Positions 14,692 to 28,677 of a stretch of 64,000 bases of DNA are shown piece after piece. Below the pieces are notes generated by a model, which saw only the letters and a list, made by a program, of their open reading frames with translations, was not told the DNA's origin and searched no databases. The stretch is from the human T2T-CHM13v2.0 reference genome, Homo sapiens. The position numbers and the translations under genes are program-made. Every line of letters starts with the position of its first letter. The stretch's first letter is position 1. The stretch lies in assembly GCF_009914755.1 (NCBI RefSeq), contig NC_060936.1. One strand, written 5' to 3'.

Positions 14692-16844
14692 AGCATCCAA
14701 CCAGCAGAAACACTTCACAGCAAGGAGATATGGGAGTAGTACCATGCCCATGGGATTGACTAGTCATAACACATCCCTCATCATCCAGAAATAACAAGCT
14801 TCATAGAACAATGGAATGACTGAAGCTCTAGCTTGGAGGCAACACTTGAAGAAGACGTGTGGGGGTAGGGCATCCTTCATGATGTTGTATGTGCATGAAA
14901 TCAGGAAACTCTATATGATAATGTGTCATTAATAGGAAGATTGCGTGGGTCTGGGAACCAAGGGGTAGAAACATGACTGGCCCATCTTACCATGACCCTT
15001 ACCATCACTACCAATGACTCCTTGGAGAATTTTTATTCCTGTTGAAGTCCACTCTGAAATCTGTATTGTTTGCTGTTCTAGTCCACAAAGGTCCTGCCAA
15101 AGGACACAGCAAAGGTCTCATTGAACAAGATATGCCTGCTATCAAGGAACTTTGGATTTCTTGTGCCCAAGAACAAGCAAATAAGAAGAGAAGTCATTGT
15201 TTCAGCAAGGATAATTGTGTTCATCAGAAGGAGGTAGGGATGCTGTTACACAATGGGGACAAACTGGAATACATATGGAACCCAGGTGTCTCTGGTATTC
15301 CCTAGCCCCTTAATAACTGTGATCAAACATATGCAGCAACTCCAGCCTAGGGAGGGTATAATTATCAAGAACTCAGACCCCTCAGAATGAAGGTTTGAGT
15401 CACACAATCCAGTAAGCCACCAAGGCCTGATGAGGTAGTATCTGAGGGTGCGGGGGATTCAGAATGAAGAGTGGAGGAGGACAGGTTGACTAGTTATTGC
15501 CTCTAGATCAATAGCAGGGATACAGCCTATTGTTCAAACTACTAACTTTCTTATTTTAGATGTCTCTAAAATCTAAAAGATTGTGGTATGACAGGCCTAG
15601 GCCTACAAGAACCATGGAGGAGCTGCTCCTGGAACATGCATGGAGGGATAGATGTGTGAAAACATATAAGGAGATGTTGACACAAAGTGTCTAGTCATAA
15701 AAGAAAGATAATAAGAGACTGCAAGAAAAGGAATAATGATTAACAATAGAGATTATAAGGGATTTTTACACAGTTATATATTTTTACTCCTTGTAAAATT
15801 GTCTAGAGAGAGCAAATATTTATGTAATTAAATAAATCCATGGAATAGAAATGTTTATAGAAAGATTGAACAGCACGTCCAAAGACCCATGGGCAGAAGA
15901 ATTTTAGGTGAGGGGAAGGAAGATTCTAGGGGATAGCCCTAGGGCAAAATACTTTCCAATCTGCCCAGACTGTGATTCAGGCAAACAATAGATAGAGCAA
16001 TGTCCACCTGGGTCCTCTGCTGAGAGGGTAGAAAATACTCTTCTTTCTCCCAGATGAAAGCTACAAAGTCCACCTATCATATTATCTGCATTCAAATCCT
16101 CATTCCACATTAACTATCGCTACGTTCTTTTCCTCAGTCTCCTTGTTTGTAAAATGGAACCATAGCTGCACTGCCATAGAAATTTGTTTTGGGAATAAAT
16201 AAGATCAATGTGCTTAGAAAAGTGCCTGGCACACAATATAAACTCAATTCATGTTATCATTTTCTCATCATGGTTTTTCACAAATTATCTCATTACTTTG
16301 AAAAAAATATGAGGTTAAATTATGAAGTAGTTTTTCTATCAAATATGTGGTAAAACAGGAAAAAAGACAATAATACTGAGTTTGGAAGGCAATTTCATTC
16401 TAATGATTTTCTGGTTTATATAATCACATTGTGTAACTCCAGATTTCAGGGTTTGATGGTTTTGAAACAAACTTTAAAATAATATAGACAAGCAAAATCT
16501 ATATAATTTTCAATTAAGAGATTCAACTGGAAAGTACTCAAGGTTTTCAAGTGTAACTGTTGAGATTTGACAAAGTGAAAGGTAAATCTTACAGAATGCC
16601 CTATTGTGCTATATAGTTGAGCTTTCTAAAACTAAGAGTGATATATTTCCAGGATTCCAATTTTCCATGGGAAAAACCCCACTATCACTGAGTGAAGAAG
16701 ATTTTGGCACTCTCAGTCCTCATTATCCCAGCTGCTTAAGAGTAGAGGAAGAAGACCTTCCCAGGATGGCCACTCACCACCTTGGTAAAGCACCACTGAG
16801 ATTCATATCTAGAATTGTCTCTGTAAGTCAGTGCACTTTTTTTT

Positions 16845-17430
16845 TCATTCATTAAAATAAGCAATGTTGATTGAGAACCGATTATAACAGAACAGGTCTG
16901 TCATAGAAACAGGAGATGAGGCAATCAAAAGACAAACTAGCTCACTCCTTCAAGGAGTTTACATTCATCAGAGGAAACCAAAAAGTCAATAGGTAAACTA
17001 AGAAATAAACTAGTTGTTGTAATCAGTTTTATAACATAAATAAAAGAATAATGTGATGGAGAACGATTGCATGAGGTCACAGGAAAGTAGTCTAATATAG
17101 GCTAAATGTTCAGCAAAGCCCTCTTAAAAGGTGTATTTAAGCCAAATTTGAATAAGGAGAAAGAACTAGCCATTTAAAGATTCAAGGGGAAGGTTTCATG
17201 AAAGGGAGGAGTAAGTGCACATGTTTGAGAGGGAACAAATATTGGCTACTAGAAGAATAGAAGGAAGAACTCTATTAGTCCCAGATAACAAGGGACATAG
17301 TGCCAGGAGGTGAAGTCAGAGGAGGAGGTAGGTATCAGGCCAGGGAAGAATTACAAGTCATGACACTGAGTTAGAGTTTATTCTAAATGCACTGGGAAGC
17401 TATTGGAGGGTTCTAGGCAGTGGAAATGGT
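16845..17430 (-). mobile_element. L2 fragment
   Basis: ttcattcatt...caaggagtttacattc...gagtttattctaaatgcactgggaagctattggaggg, typical antisense L2 3' region. Confidence 0.6.
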
Positions 17431-17930
17431 TTATCCACCATTTTGGAGAAGTTAGTTCCTCCACAACACTTTAACTCTTTAGCAGTTTGACAAAACTTAA
17501 GTTACGGGACCAGTATTTTAAATTTCAGTATATAAATAATAAGGATAAATTTATGTATCATCAAAATAAAGCAACAAAGTTTGCAAATGATCAAATATAG
17601 AATTCAATGATCATATTGCATGAAAAAATATTAAAGACAATATCAACTGAGATAGACTTTTGAGTTTGCTTTTGAGAAGTTATTGATCTAAAAAAGGCCT
17701 TAAAAGAAAGCCTTAAGCCTCAGATGTTAAATGAAAAACCATCCTGCTCATAACCTTCTTTTTACCTCTATCTGGATAAAAGAGCAGAGCAGAAAGTATT
17801 GTCTCCTTTAGAAATGTCCAGGTTTAGAAGGTCCAATTTGTTTGTTTGCTTTCTTTTTTTTTGGAAAGTCACATTTCACAGGATTATCCTGATGCTTGTG
17901 AGAAACAAGGATTTAAGAATATCAACATCA

Positions 17931-18236
17931 GGCCAGGTGCGGTGGCTCACGCCTGTAATCCCAGCACTTTGGGAGGCTGAGGCAGATCACCTGAGGCCAG
18001 GAGTTCAAGACCAGTCTGGCCAACATGGTAAAATCCCATCTCTACTAAAAAAAAAAAATACAAAAATTAGCTGGGCACAGTGGCAGGTGCCTGTAGTCCT
18101 AGCTATTCAGGAGGCTGAGGCAGCAGAATCACTTGAACCCAGGAGGTGGAGGTTGCAGTGGGCAGAGATCACACCATTTGCACTCCAGCCTGGGCGACAG
18201 TGAGAATCTGTCTCAAAAAAAAAAAAAAAAAAAAAA
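17931..18236 (+). mobile_element. AluS
   Basis: Full dimer with poly(A); TSD aagaatat(c/t)aacatc at 17915-17929 and 18237-18251. Confidence 0.97.
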
Positions 18237-18783
18237 AAGAATATTAACATCTGCAGCCATACTTCCTAAGTTTTCTTCTGATTGACACAAAATACATTCA
18301 TTCTGCAATGTGCTTTCAAAAAATGTCACCATATACTCGGGAAACAACTCTAAAATGAATCCCACCTATGGTAGGGTATCTTTGAGTCAGACAGGCTAAA
18401 GGTTCCCATGGACTCCTATATGGTATTTACATCTCTAATGTAGCCATTCTACGTCATTTGGAACTTGTTAGTTGGAGGGGTGCTGACTTTATGTATGATT
18501 TGTTTATATGTTGCTTTGGTCCAGAAAGAACTTTCAAGAAGATATACTGTGAAAGGCACAGGCCATACAGCAAGGTAAAACTAGCTTTAAAAAAAGACAA
18601 GAAAAACAAAGTAAAGAGAAAATAAGGATGAGGAAGTAAAATGGAGCCAGCATGAGCTTAACACAAAATATATAGCATTAACCTTTATGGAGGGTTCACA
18701 AATTAGCTCCAAGCTTTCCAGAAGAATGATATTTATTCAGCTACATAATTGTTAGTGTCTTAAGACAAAAAAACAACTAGCTT

Positions 18784-19343
18784 TGTCAGAGGCATTTGAA
18801 CCAGAGCAATCCCATCTCAAATAGGGGCTGGGTAGAATAAGGCTGAGATCTACTGGGCAGCATTCCCAGAAGGATAGGCATTCTAAGTCACAGGATGACA
18901 TGGGAGGTTGGCACAAGATACAGGCCATAAAGACCTTGCTGATAAAACAAGCTGCAGTAAGGAAGCCAGCTTAAGACCCACCAAAACCAAGATGGTGATA
19001 AAGTGACCTCTGGTCATCCTCACTGGTACACTCCCGCCAGCACAATGACAGTTTACAAATGCCATCGCAACATCAGGAAGTTACCCCATATGGTCTAAAA
19101 AAGGGAGGCATGAATAATCCACACCTTGTTTAGCATATAATCAAGAAATAACCATAAAAATGGGGATCCAGCAGCCTTCTATACAGTGGCCTATAGAGTA
19201 GCCATTCTTTTATTCCTCTACTTTGTTAAAATATTTGCTTTCACTGTACCGTTTGGACTTCTCCTTCATTCTTTCTTGTGCAAGACTCAAAGACCTTCTC
19301 TTCCCTCTCTTGGGGTCTGGATCAGGACCCCTTTCTGGTAATA
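18784..19343 (+). mobile_element. MER41 (MER41A-like) ERV1 solo LTR
   Basis: tgtcagaggcatttgaaccagagcaa...ggggtctggatcaggacccctttctggtaata; approximate TSD gctt/gttt. Confidence 0.92.
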
Positions 19344-19549
19344 GTTTCTCAAGGGGAACAATAACTCTTCCGAGATGAGAGCAAAACGTATCCTGCAGAC
19401 TCTTATAAAAGATCCTTTTTAATGCACTGAATGACATTCTCAATAACATTCTAACAGCACATGTAAGATTCATGGCATTGTTTTTATAAGAAGATGGATT
19501 AATAAGTCTTCTATATCTATACATGCTTCAATAATAATATTTCTTTGCT

Positions 19550-19603
19550 TCTTCTTTTTTTTTTTTTTGAGACAGGATCTCACTCTGTCGCCCAGACTGG
19601 AGT
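19550..19603 (-). mobile_element. Very short 5'-truncated Alu 3' end
   Basis: Poly(T) followed by gagacaggatctcactctgtcgcccagactggagt. Confidence 0.8.
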
Positions 19604-20985
19604 AAATAATAACATATTTTATTTCTTATTTTAAACTGCTTTTTAACATTAAGAATAAATAAACAGTTCAGCTTGAGGCCACACAGGGTTGAAAATAATG
19701 TCTATGAATCGGCCCCAGTCTCTCGAAATGCTCTTTACTAGGATGGACACTTCAGCAAAGGTGAAAAGATACAACAATATATTTAATGAGACTAATTCAA
19801 AGAAAGGAATAATCACAGTGTGGAGGGATGTGTGGGAGACAGATTTACTTCCTTAAGTTTCTGTTATTAGTGAATGGGAAAATGATGACTCTGAAACAGA
19901 AAGCATAGAAACATGCTCTGAAGGGTGCTTGGGGCCAATTCCACTTCCTTCATAGAAGAGGTTCTAGATAAGAAAAAAACAAAGAACACAAATGTTCATA
20001 TTATTACCTGGGTCAAGGACTCCTTTAAGATTCAGACGAAAACTACTACATATCCATTGACTGATTAAGTGTGTCAAACCTTAGCTCTCAGCCCACCCTG
20101 GCTTTAGAAAAATGTTGATGCCGAGGTTTTACAGCAAGGAAAAAAAAATCTGAAATCCTATTTTCTTGCTTTGCCAATCTAAAAAATAAGAGGGAGCTGG
20201 CAAATGGCAGATGCCTATGTGTGGAAGGTGAGTTGAAATGGTGATGGCTATGCTATAGCAGCAATGGGTCTGCTAAGGATATTGGCAAGTGTATCAAAGG
20301 CAGCTGGTAAAGAAGGGTTCGAGGGATCCTTATCAAAGACTATGACATTGGCACAGCACAAGGAGGCAGAATTTGCCTCCACTGGCTATCTCAATCCTTT
20401 GCTTTTTTTTTTTTTTATGCAGCAATGCCAAGAATTCAATTACTATGAAGAATACAAGTACAGAGAAGAAAGGATAGGGGGTAAAGTTACTGGATCTTGT
20501 GTTTGGAAGTACAGAGTGAATAATCTGAGACCTAGCATTCTTCCTGCAATATGTACACAGAGAGGAAGGTAAGAAGGACGAATATTCTACTAAGAGTTAA
20601 ATTGAGAAACACAAACTCAATTCTTTAGGCCAAAATCAACTTAATACATTTGGCAAATACAATACATTTTTAAAAATTATTTATCACTATTTGAAATGTG
20701 TACATTACATAAATACCTACATTTCATGCTTCTTCAAAATAAAATCAGAAGATCTGGCAATGCTAGACTCTGAGTTTTCTAAGAAACAGTCATACCCTCA
20801 CAGCACCAAACTCTGTTGTTTTTCCAGCACTGAGGTGGGGTTATCTTCAAGCTTGAGCAATGTTTCTTTCCACTAGCCAGGCTGCCTAGTTCATTGATAT
20901 TACCTGCCTCATTCCTATAGTCATTTGAGTTTGTAAGCTGGCCCACCCCAAACCCTGGACTAACATATTATTTTTATTCACCAAG

Positions 20986-21394
20986 TGTGACAGGCATGAG
21001 GTGCACCTCAGACTTTCAACTCTAAGGACCTTAACTGGCCAAAGCCTGCTGCACTCTGAATCTACCATATTTTCACCAAGGGTGTGCCTCTTATTGGCTT
21101 CTCCAAGCCAATGACTGAGCACACGAGGATCCTGAAACAAGATTATTCCTGAAGAACATAGGTCTCTTCTTATACCCAGCTTTGGCTCTAGGACTCTCTG
21201 ATGATCATGCTGAACCTTCTTACATTGCAGAGCAAACTGTTTCCTTTCAACCTCTTTTCACAAGGGGTCAGATTTTCATCCCCCAGTTTTATCCAGCTCC
21301 CTCCCCATTTCTGTCACAGAGGCATTTTTTTCCAATAAAAGCCTTGCCTGTAAGCCCGCCTTAATGTCTACCTCTTGTTGGACCTAGACAAACA
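20986..21394 (+). mobile_element. LTR16-like ERVL 5' LTR
   Basis: Starts TG, contains agccaatgactgagca, AATAAA near 21334, ends ...aaca, directly followed by ERVL internal sequence. Confidence 0.65.
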
Positions 21395-24300
21395 TAAGAG
21401 GTACATAAGTTGAGTGATCCAAAAAAACCAGGCCATTAAATGGGTAAAGAGACTGACTCACTCGCCACTCAACAGTTGGAGAGGAACATCATTCTCCTTT
21501 ATAAATGAGAAATGGATACTCCTTGGCACAAAGTGCTAGCACATTGCCAATGATGTTACCTGTAATGATAGAAAGACAAGGAAGGAAGGAAGGAAGGAAG
21601 GAAGGAAGGAAGGAAGGGAGGGAGGGAGGGAGGGAGGGAGGGAGGGAGGGAGCAGGGGAGGGGAGGGGAAGGGAAGGGAAGGAAGGGAAAAGGAGAAGAA
21701 GGGAAGGAGGGAGGGGGGAAGGGGGGAAGGAGGAAGGGGAGGGGAGGGGGGGGAGGGGAGGTAGTCTCAATGGAAAGGAGTTCCTTGGCAGGTGAAATGA
21801 TGTAAGCATTTGAAAAATATTGGCAGATATGCCTACAAAGACAGTAGAGTTGGCTGAGTACTGCTAAATTGTATTGATTTCCTGAAGAAAGGGTCTGTTA
21901 TACAAAGGGCCCTGGTAGAGAAAACCTGAGAAGTTACATACGGTTCGAGTACATCTGGATGGAGACTACTTACTTGGTCAGATTCTGGTCTAGCAAAAGA
22001 GGGACCCATTCTTCTCTGGTAAGAGTTAGCACTTCACTGTGCTGAAATATGTTGCAGGAACCTCTCTCCCATAAAGCATCAAGTGTCCTTCCACCTCCTC
22101 TCCTGGCCACCAAGCTGTTGACCAGTGTTAAATCCTAGCATAACCCAGTGGAAGATGTGCTGAGTCTTTTAAGGGAGGATAAAGACAGTATGCAATAAGG
22201 AATTGCAAGAATTCGCTGTCATTAATGAACAGGATCCAGGAGAGCTCTCCTGAGATAGAATTTTAAGAGTGCTTGATTAAGAGTGCCAGAATTTAAGTAT
22301 AGATAAGCAAGAGTTCATTGACTGAGGAAGTATGACATTTTCTTGGAATTTGGGATTGAATACTCAATCAAGGACACCATCAGTAGAAACAAAATTGTTT
22401 CTTGAGTAGCTCTTAGAAGCTTGTAGGGCGCTAAGGAATTTTAGCCAACACTTAGTGAAGTATACCGTGTTACCCTGGCAGATGGTAGACAAATGAATTA
22501 AGAGGCTAAAAAAAGTGGGCATGCTAAAATGGATATGTTATGTAAGGGCAGAAGACCCACTAGAGAGCCCAGAAAAGCACTATTCACCGAATATTTAAGG
22601 AATTTTCTAGCACAAGTTTGCTAGCACAAACTAGGTCCAAAGTTCCACCATATCCTCTTATTAGAATAGGAATGTATGGAGAGCAAGTAAAGAATGGAGT
22701 GCAGGCTAAATTCCAACTCACAGTGTGCCCATGGAGCCTAGGAACCCAACCCAGTGGTCAGTTCCCCAGTCCCTAGGGAATATTTATATTGGGCATACTG
22801 GCCATGCAAGTCCTTAGTTTGGAGAGTAAGAGCTATCATATCAGGAAAGGCCAAATGGAAACTTCTGAAGCTCTCCACCCTCCGCTCATCAACCTTCAGC
22901 CAAATAGTAAAATAAAAACCAACATCATATCCCAGGGGTTATGAGGTTATGGCAGAGATTAGCAGTACAATTAAAGACTAAGGATACAAGTGGGATGCTC
23001 CATGTTATATCGCTATTTAATTCACAAGCCTGGCCGCTGAATAAATGGATAGTTATGGAGAATAGCTATAGACTATATTTAGATTTAATGAAGTCATAGC
23101 AACAATAGCAGCTGCTGCTCTTGATGTGTTATCATTGCTGAACAAATTATTAAAGCCTCAGGTATATGATTTGCAGCCATTACTTTGGTGAACATGTTCT
23201 TTACCATTCCAATTAGGAAAAAGAATAAGAAATAGTTGACATTCATACAGAAGGGACAACAATTTTCATTTATGTGTTTGCCTCAGGGCTATGTTAACTC
23301 TTCTATTCTCTGTCATAATCTAGTCTGAAGAGACCTGTACCACCAGGACATTGCATAGAACATCTCACTCCTCTCTTATACCAATGGATATCATGTTGAT
23401 TGGATAGGATGAGCATGAGAAGGCTAGTATTCTAGAAGCTGTGGGGAGACACATGTACTCCAGAGTATGAGAAACCAATCCTAGGCAGTTTCAGAGACGT
23501 TTCACTCCTGTGAAATTATCAGGGGTCTAGTGGTCAAAGGCATGTTGAGTTTCTCCACAAATAAAAAGACATTGCATTTCCTACCAAAAAGAATGAAGCC
23601 ATAGTGTCTGTCTGGTAGACCTCTTTAAGCTGTGGAGCCAACACATTCCACATTTAGGAATTTTGCTCTGGCTCACACACCAGGTGAAGCTAAGTCTTCC
23701 AACATTGCATAGGGCCTGGAGAAGGAAAAGATGCTGTAGGAGGTGCATGTCTTGATGCAATCAGCCTTGCAACTTGTATCATGCAGTCTGGCAGACATTA
23801 TAGTATTGGAGCTGTCAATGATGGGAGAAGATGCAATGTGGAGCTTACGGCAAATTCATAAGAATCAGATGCAGGCCACTGGAATTCTGGAGCAAGGCCA
23901 AGTATCCAGAGGAGATAATTATATGTTTTGATAAGCTGAGAAGCAACACTTGGCATGCTTTTGGGAACTGGTAGAAACTGCATGTTTAACCAATGTGGCT
24001 TCAAGTGAATATATGTCCAGAACTACTCATTATGAGTTAGCTTCTTTCAGACCTGCCAAATAAAACAGCCCTATCAGCAGTCCATCACAAGATGGAAATA
24101 ACACAACTGAAATCAAGCCTAAGGCTGGACTAGAGGGGCTACAGTGGCAGATAGAAAGAGACATATGAACATCAAAATTATAGACTCCATTTACCTAGGT
24201 AAATCTACCTCTGATTGTGCAACTTATTAACAACAAACCAAAACTGAGCTGCAGATATGGCACTCTTCTTTAAGAAGATTGTCCAGCAAGTTTGTGGCAA

Positions 24301-25110
24301 ATTGCTACATCCACCCACTTCAATCCTGGAAGGGCCAGTGGTTTGTTCTCACAGGGAAACATACTTATTGTGGGGTGGGTTTTCTTTTCTTCTTTGCAGA
24401 GCATCAGTCAATATTATCACTGAAGAGCTTATGCAATGCCTAATGCGTAGGTATGGAATCCCACACAGCATAAAATCTGGCCAGGAGATTCTTCTTACAA
24501 TATAGAAGGTATGAGGGTAAACCCATGTCCATAGAATCTACTGGCCAAATCCTGTACCACACTTTCCAGAAGCAGCTAGCTGCACACAATGCTGTACCAG
24601 TCTTCTAAAGGTGGAACTAAAAGAAGCACCCTGGAGAGATGACGCATTGTCCTACAGGACATAGTATATTCACCAAATCAAAGACCATGGTATAGTGCTG
24701 TATCCGCAGTAGGAAAGATATACAGGTACACAGGTCATTCCTTTAAAGGGTGGAAGCATGAGTGACTCCACTTATCAATCCTTCCAAACAGCCATTGAAA
24801 GATCTTGTGCTTTCTGGCCCCATCACTCTGAGTATTTTAGTGCCAGAGATCCCACTGCCCAGGCAAGAAACATTCTTGTCAGGATACACTACAAGGGACC
24901 ACCTGGGAAGAGGAGTAGTGATGACCCTGATCAGCAGAAGGTAGAGCTCATTCTGCACAATGAGGACGGGGAATAGTATGTGTGGAAAACAGATGTTCCA
25001 CTTAGGTACCTTGTGGTGCACCTTTGCCCTATTCTTACTGTGAACAGACATATACAGTAAACTTAAAATGAGAAAGGTATGATTATCAAAAGGTTCAAGA
25101 CCTCCACTGA
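21395..25110 (+). mobile_element. Decayed ERVL internal region (gag-pol remnant, HERV16/ERV3-16A3-like)
   Basis: RT remnants at ~23050-23410 (gactat 'DY', ttgcctcagggctatgttaactct = LPQGYVNS, degraded YxDDIMLIG) and integrase remnant at ~24250-24730 (YGIPHSIKS); many stops and frameshifts. Confidence 0.85.
21578..21761. repeat. Polypurine tract: (GGAA)9, then (GGGA)9, then G/A low complexity
   Basis: (GGAA)9 at 21580-21615 and (GGGA)9 at 21616-21651, counted directly. Confidence 0.97.
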
Positions 25111-25249
25111 CTTGAGGAAAAGCAAAGTATAACAATGGCTTATACTATCACAGTGGAACTGATCTCTAGCCACACTCTAACCCGTATAGCTTTCTGACCT
25201 AATTCTAGTTGCCACACGTAGTAAACATTTGCCCTGTACTTGAAATGCT

Positions 25250-25560
25250 CTTTCCCAAGATATTAGCACAAGTGCCTTCCCACCTCTTTTGCCTTTATTC
25301 AAGTATCATTGAAATATGCCTTTATTAAAACATCATTGTTTCCTGGTTATCTGTACTTAATTTATGCTTTATTTTTCTCCATGGTGCTTATTATCACCTA
25401 AAGCACAACATAATTCACTTATGTGTGTATTACCTCTTTCCCTAACACAAATGTAGGTTTAAAAGGACTTGGATTTTTCTTCGTATACTGCTGTATCTCC
25501 AACCACTAGAATAGTGCCTGGTACATCATTGAAGATCTTATTGAATGAATTAATGAATCA
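25250..25560 (+). mobile_element. L2 3' end
   Basis: ctgctgtatctcc...agaatagtgcctggtaca...ttgaatgaattaatgaat terminus. Confidence 0.6.
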
Positions 25561-26259
25561 TTATCATTACAGAGAGCAATTGTTATAGTGTGAAACAACA
25601 TATGTGGAAGCTAGACTAAAAAGGGTACAGTGTAAATGGACACAGAGAAAATATTATCATCATCATTATCACGACAACTAACATTTACTGAATGCTTATT
25701 ATATTCTAAAAAATTTGCAGCTTGTTTTACATGCATTTTCTTATTTAAATTTCCCAACTCTGTGGCCTGGATTTTAGTATTATTTCCATTTTCTCTGTGG
25801 CTTAGAAAGGTTAAGTATCTTGATCAAGATGGAGGTAATAACTGGCAAAAATGTTCTTCAAACTAGATTTGTCATCAAAGCCTGAATTCATAACCTGAAT
25901 TCTCAGATGAACATGGAAATCAGAGAACAATTTTAGAACTTTGTACTATGCCAAATAAATGGAAGAGGACAGAGCAATATTAAAATAATTCAACAATAAG
26001 AAATTATAACATTTATCAGTAAAAAAGAATGGCTTAATAAAAATGTAGGTGATGCTTTTAAAGAGATCAGGAAAAATACCAAAATCTGAGAAAATAAAGC
26101 CTTAAACTCCATTTTGTATGTATATATATAATTTTCTTTCTTCAAGAAGGTACATAATGACTATATGCTCTTCCATCAGTTTTTGAAATCAATTTTAAAG
26201 GAAGCCTAATTAAAAGAATATTACAATAATAGCAAAATCATCACAAAGACAGGCATTAA

Positions 26260-26659
<400 letters not shown>

Positions 26660-27062
26660 TCATAGCGTGAATTTTTCAAATCACTAGCTCCAGTCCTTGC
26701 TATTTAAACACACACATACACACATGCACACACCAAATGTAAGTTTATTGTGCTTTTTCCATTTTGTCATATGAAGTCTAATTGAGACCCAGGTACATGA
26801 TGTCATAGAAAAATCTGCTAGGTGAAAAGCAGACAGCTAAACAGTTTCAGTTGCTTCAGAAACGTTCAAATTTCAAGGACTGTTATTCTGTTACTTGAAT
26901 AAAAAGCAAATGAAAGCTCTACAGAAAGGCAGCAAATCATAATCACAGATATGGAAGGAACTTATGTCAAGGCTAGGAAATAATGGTAAATATATGGATT
27001 GTGTACAGAATAATACCAGTTAACATGAAAATAGGGGAAGCATGCCTTTTGAAATTGTCCAG

Positions 27063-27066
<4 letters not shown>

Positions 27067-27100
<34 letters not shown>
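27067..27100. repeat. (CA)n microsatellite
   Basis: About 17 CA units. Confidence 0.95.
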
Positions 27101-27102
<2 letters not shown>

Positions 27103-27285
27103 TGAAAACCTCTTGAGCACTAGATCTTGTGAGGTTTGATGTAGAGATAAAAGCATTTTTCTTTGCCTTGTAAGTCAAGTAGCAGAAATACATACATATA
27201 TGGCAAATTGAAGTACTATATGAGAAGTGGAATAGGTATAGATAGAACCAGGGTCCTAGATTTAAAAAAAAAAATAGCTGATTTT

Positions 27286-27615
<330 letters not shown>

Positions 27616-27838
27616 CTATGTAAATTTAGGGAAATGAAGGATATTAGGGGATAATGTTGGTCACGGAAAAATCTTGACACTGAAGAGCCACAGTGAGACA
27701 TTTAGTATGGCCAGAGCACAGGCTGCACAGTGAAATGAGAGGTAGAAGATGATATTGGAAAGTGATGTGTTTGCTTCAAGTAACAAAGGAAAGACAAAGG
27801 ACATTTTAAACAGAAAAATGACATAATCAGTTTAGGTA

Positions 27839-27894
27839 TTAGGTTGGTGCAAAAGTAATTGCGGTTTTTGTCATTAAAAGTAGTGTCAACCTAA
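27839..27894. mobile_element. MADE1 (Hsmar1-derived MITE) with internal deletion
   Basis: TA|ttaggttggtgcaaaagtaattgcggtttttg...caacctaa|TA; left TIR intact, right TIR reduced to ~8 bp. Confidence 0.85.
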
Positions 27895-28403
27895 TATTTA
27901 GAAGATCAATATAGAGGTGTGTAAGATGTACTGGAGTTATAGCAGATGAAAGACAGAGACACCGTATGCTACAAGTGAGCCAGAATGAGGATATGGTCTA
28001 AGCCAAGTTTCATACACTGCTCTAAACCGATGTGTGACCTGTTTGGTTGTTATAAGCAGCAGTGAAATTAAGCAGATAATATGGATGGCATTCAAAATAT
28101 ACTTATTGACTGATACCCATCTCTCTTTATGCATGTATGTTAATGGTACAATTCTTTCAGCCATTTAAGTTTGTGGGCTCTGGTTTAAATTTAGGAGTAA
28201 CAGAAGAATTAGAGAGGAGAGGTCACATGTTTTTCCCTTGCTGCCTCAGTTAAAGTTGATTTTCCAAGAACAGCATGTCTGTGATGTTTTCCTTCATCAT
28301 TAATAAACACATTAATATTTTCCATAGTTCAGATAACAATTTTGAGCAGTATTAGAATTATGAACATCTATGCTGTAAGGCCATTTTAAATTAGAAGCGT
28401 TTG

Positions 28404-28677
28404 AATCCCAGCACTTTGGGACACCGAGGCAGGAGGATCACTTGAGCTCAGGAGTTCGAGACCAGCCTAGGCGACATAGGGAGAGTCTGTCTCTACTAGA
28501 AATCAACAAAATTAGCTGGGCATGGTGATATGCACCTGTAGTTCGAGCTACTTGGGAGGTTGAAGTGGGAGAATCGCTTGAGCCTTGGAGGTTACAGCTG
28601 CAGTGAGCCATGATGTCCCATTGCACTCCCAACTAGGCAACAGAGCTAGATACTCTCTCAAATATATATATATATAT
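28404..28677 (+). mobile_element. AluJ (5' ~25 bp missing) with (TA)n tail
   Basis: aatcccagcactttggg...gaggatcacttgag...gcagtgagccatgat. Confidence 0.92.

Larger units (their letters stand above)
12066..15680 (+). mobile_element. Decayed ERVL remnant (LTR16/HERV16-like): LTR fragment plus integrase and 3' region, interrupted by MLT1A and THE1
   Basis: 12565-12750 and 14692-14960 resemble consecutive pieces of ERVL integrase and parallel 24250-24730; 12066-12160 resembles an LTR16 5' end. Boundaries are approximate. Confidence 0.65.

Noticed and set aside
17799-18203. 134-aa ORF and other Alu-overlapping ORFs (27163, 41905, 46265, 63477)
   Set aside because: Typical Alu-derived peptides.
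21489-21809. Pro/Ser-rich and Gly/Arg/Glu-rich ORFs on both strands
   Set aside because: Translation artefacts of the GGAA/GGGA tract.
22900-23560. Reverse transcriptase as a functional or domesticated gene
   Set aside because: Multiple stops and frameshifts and a degraded YxDD; a fossil ERVL pol.
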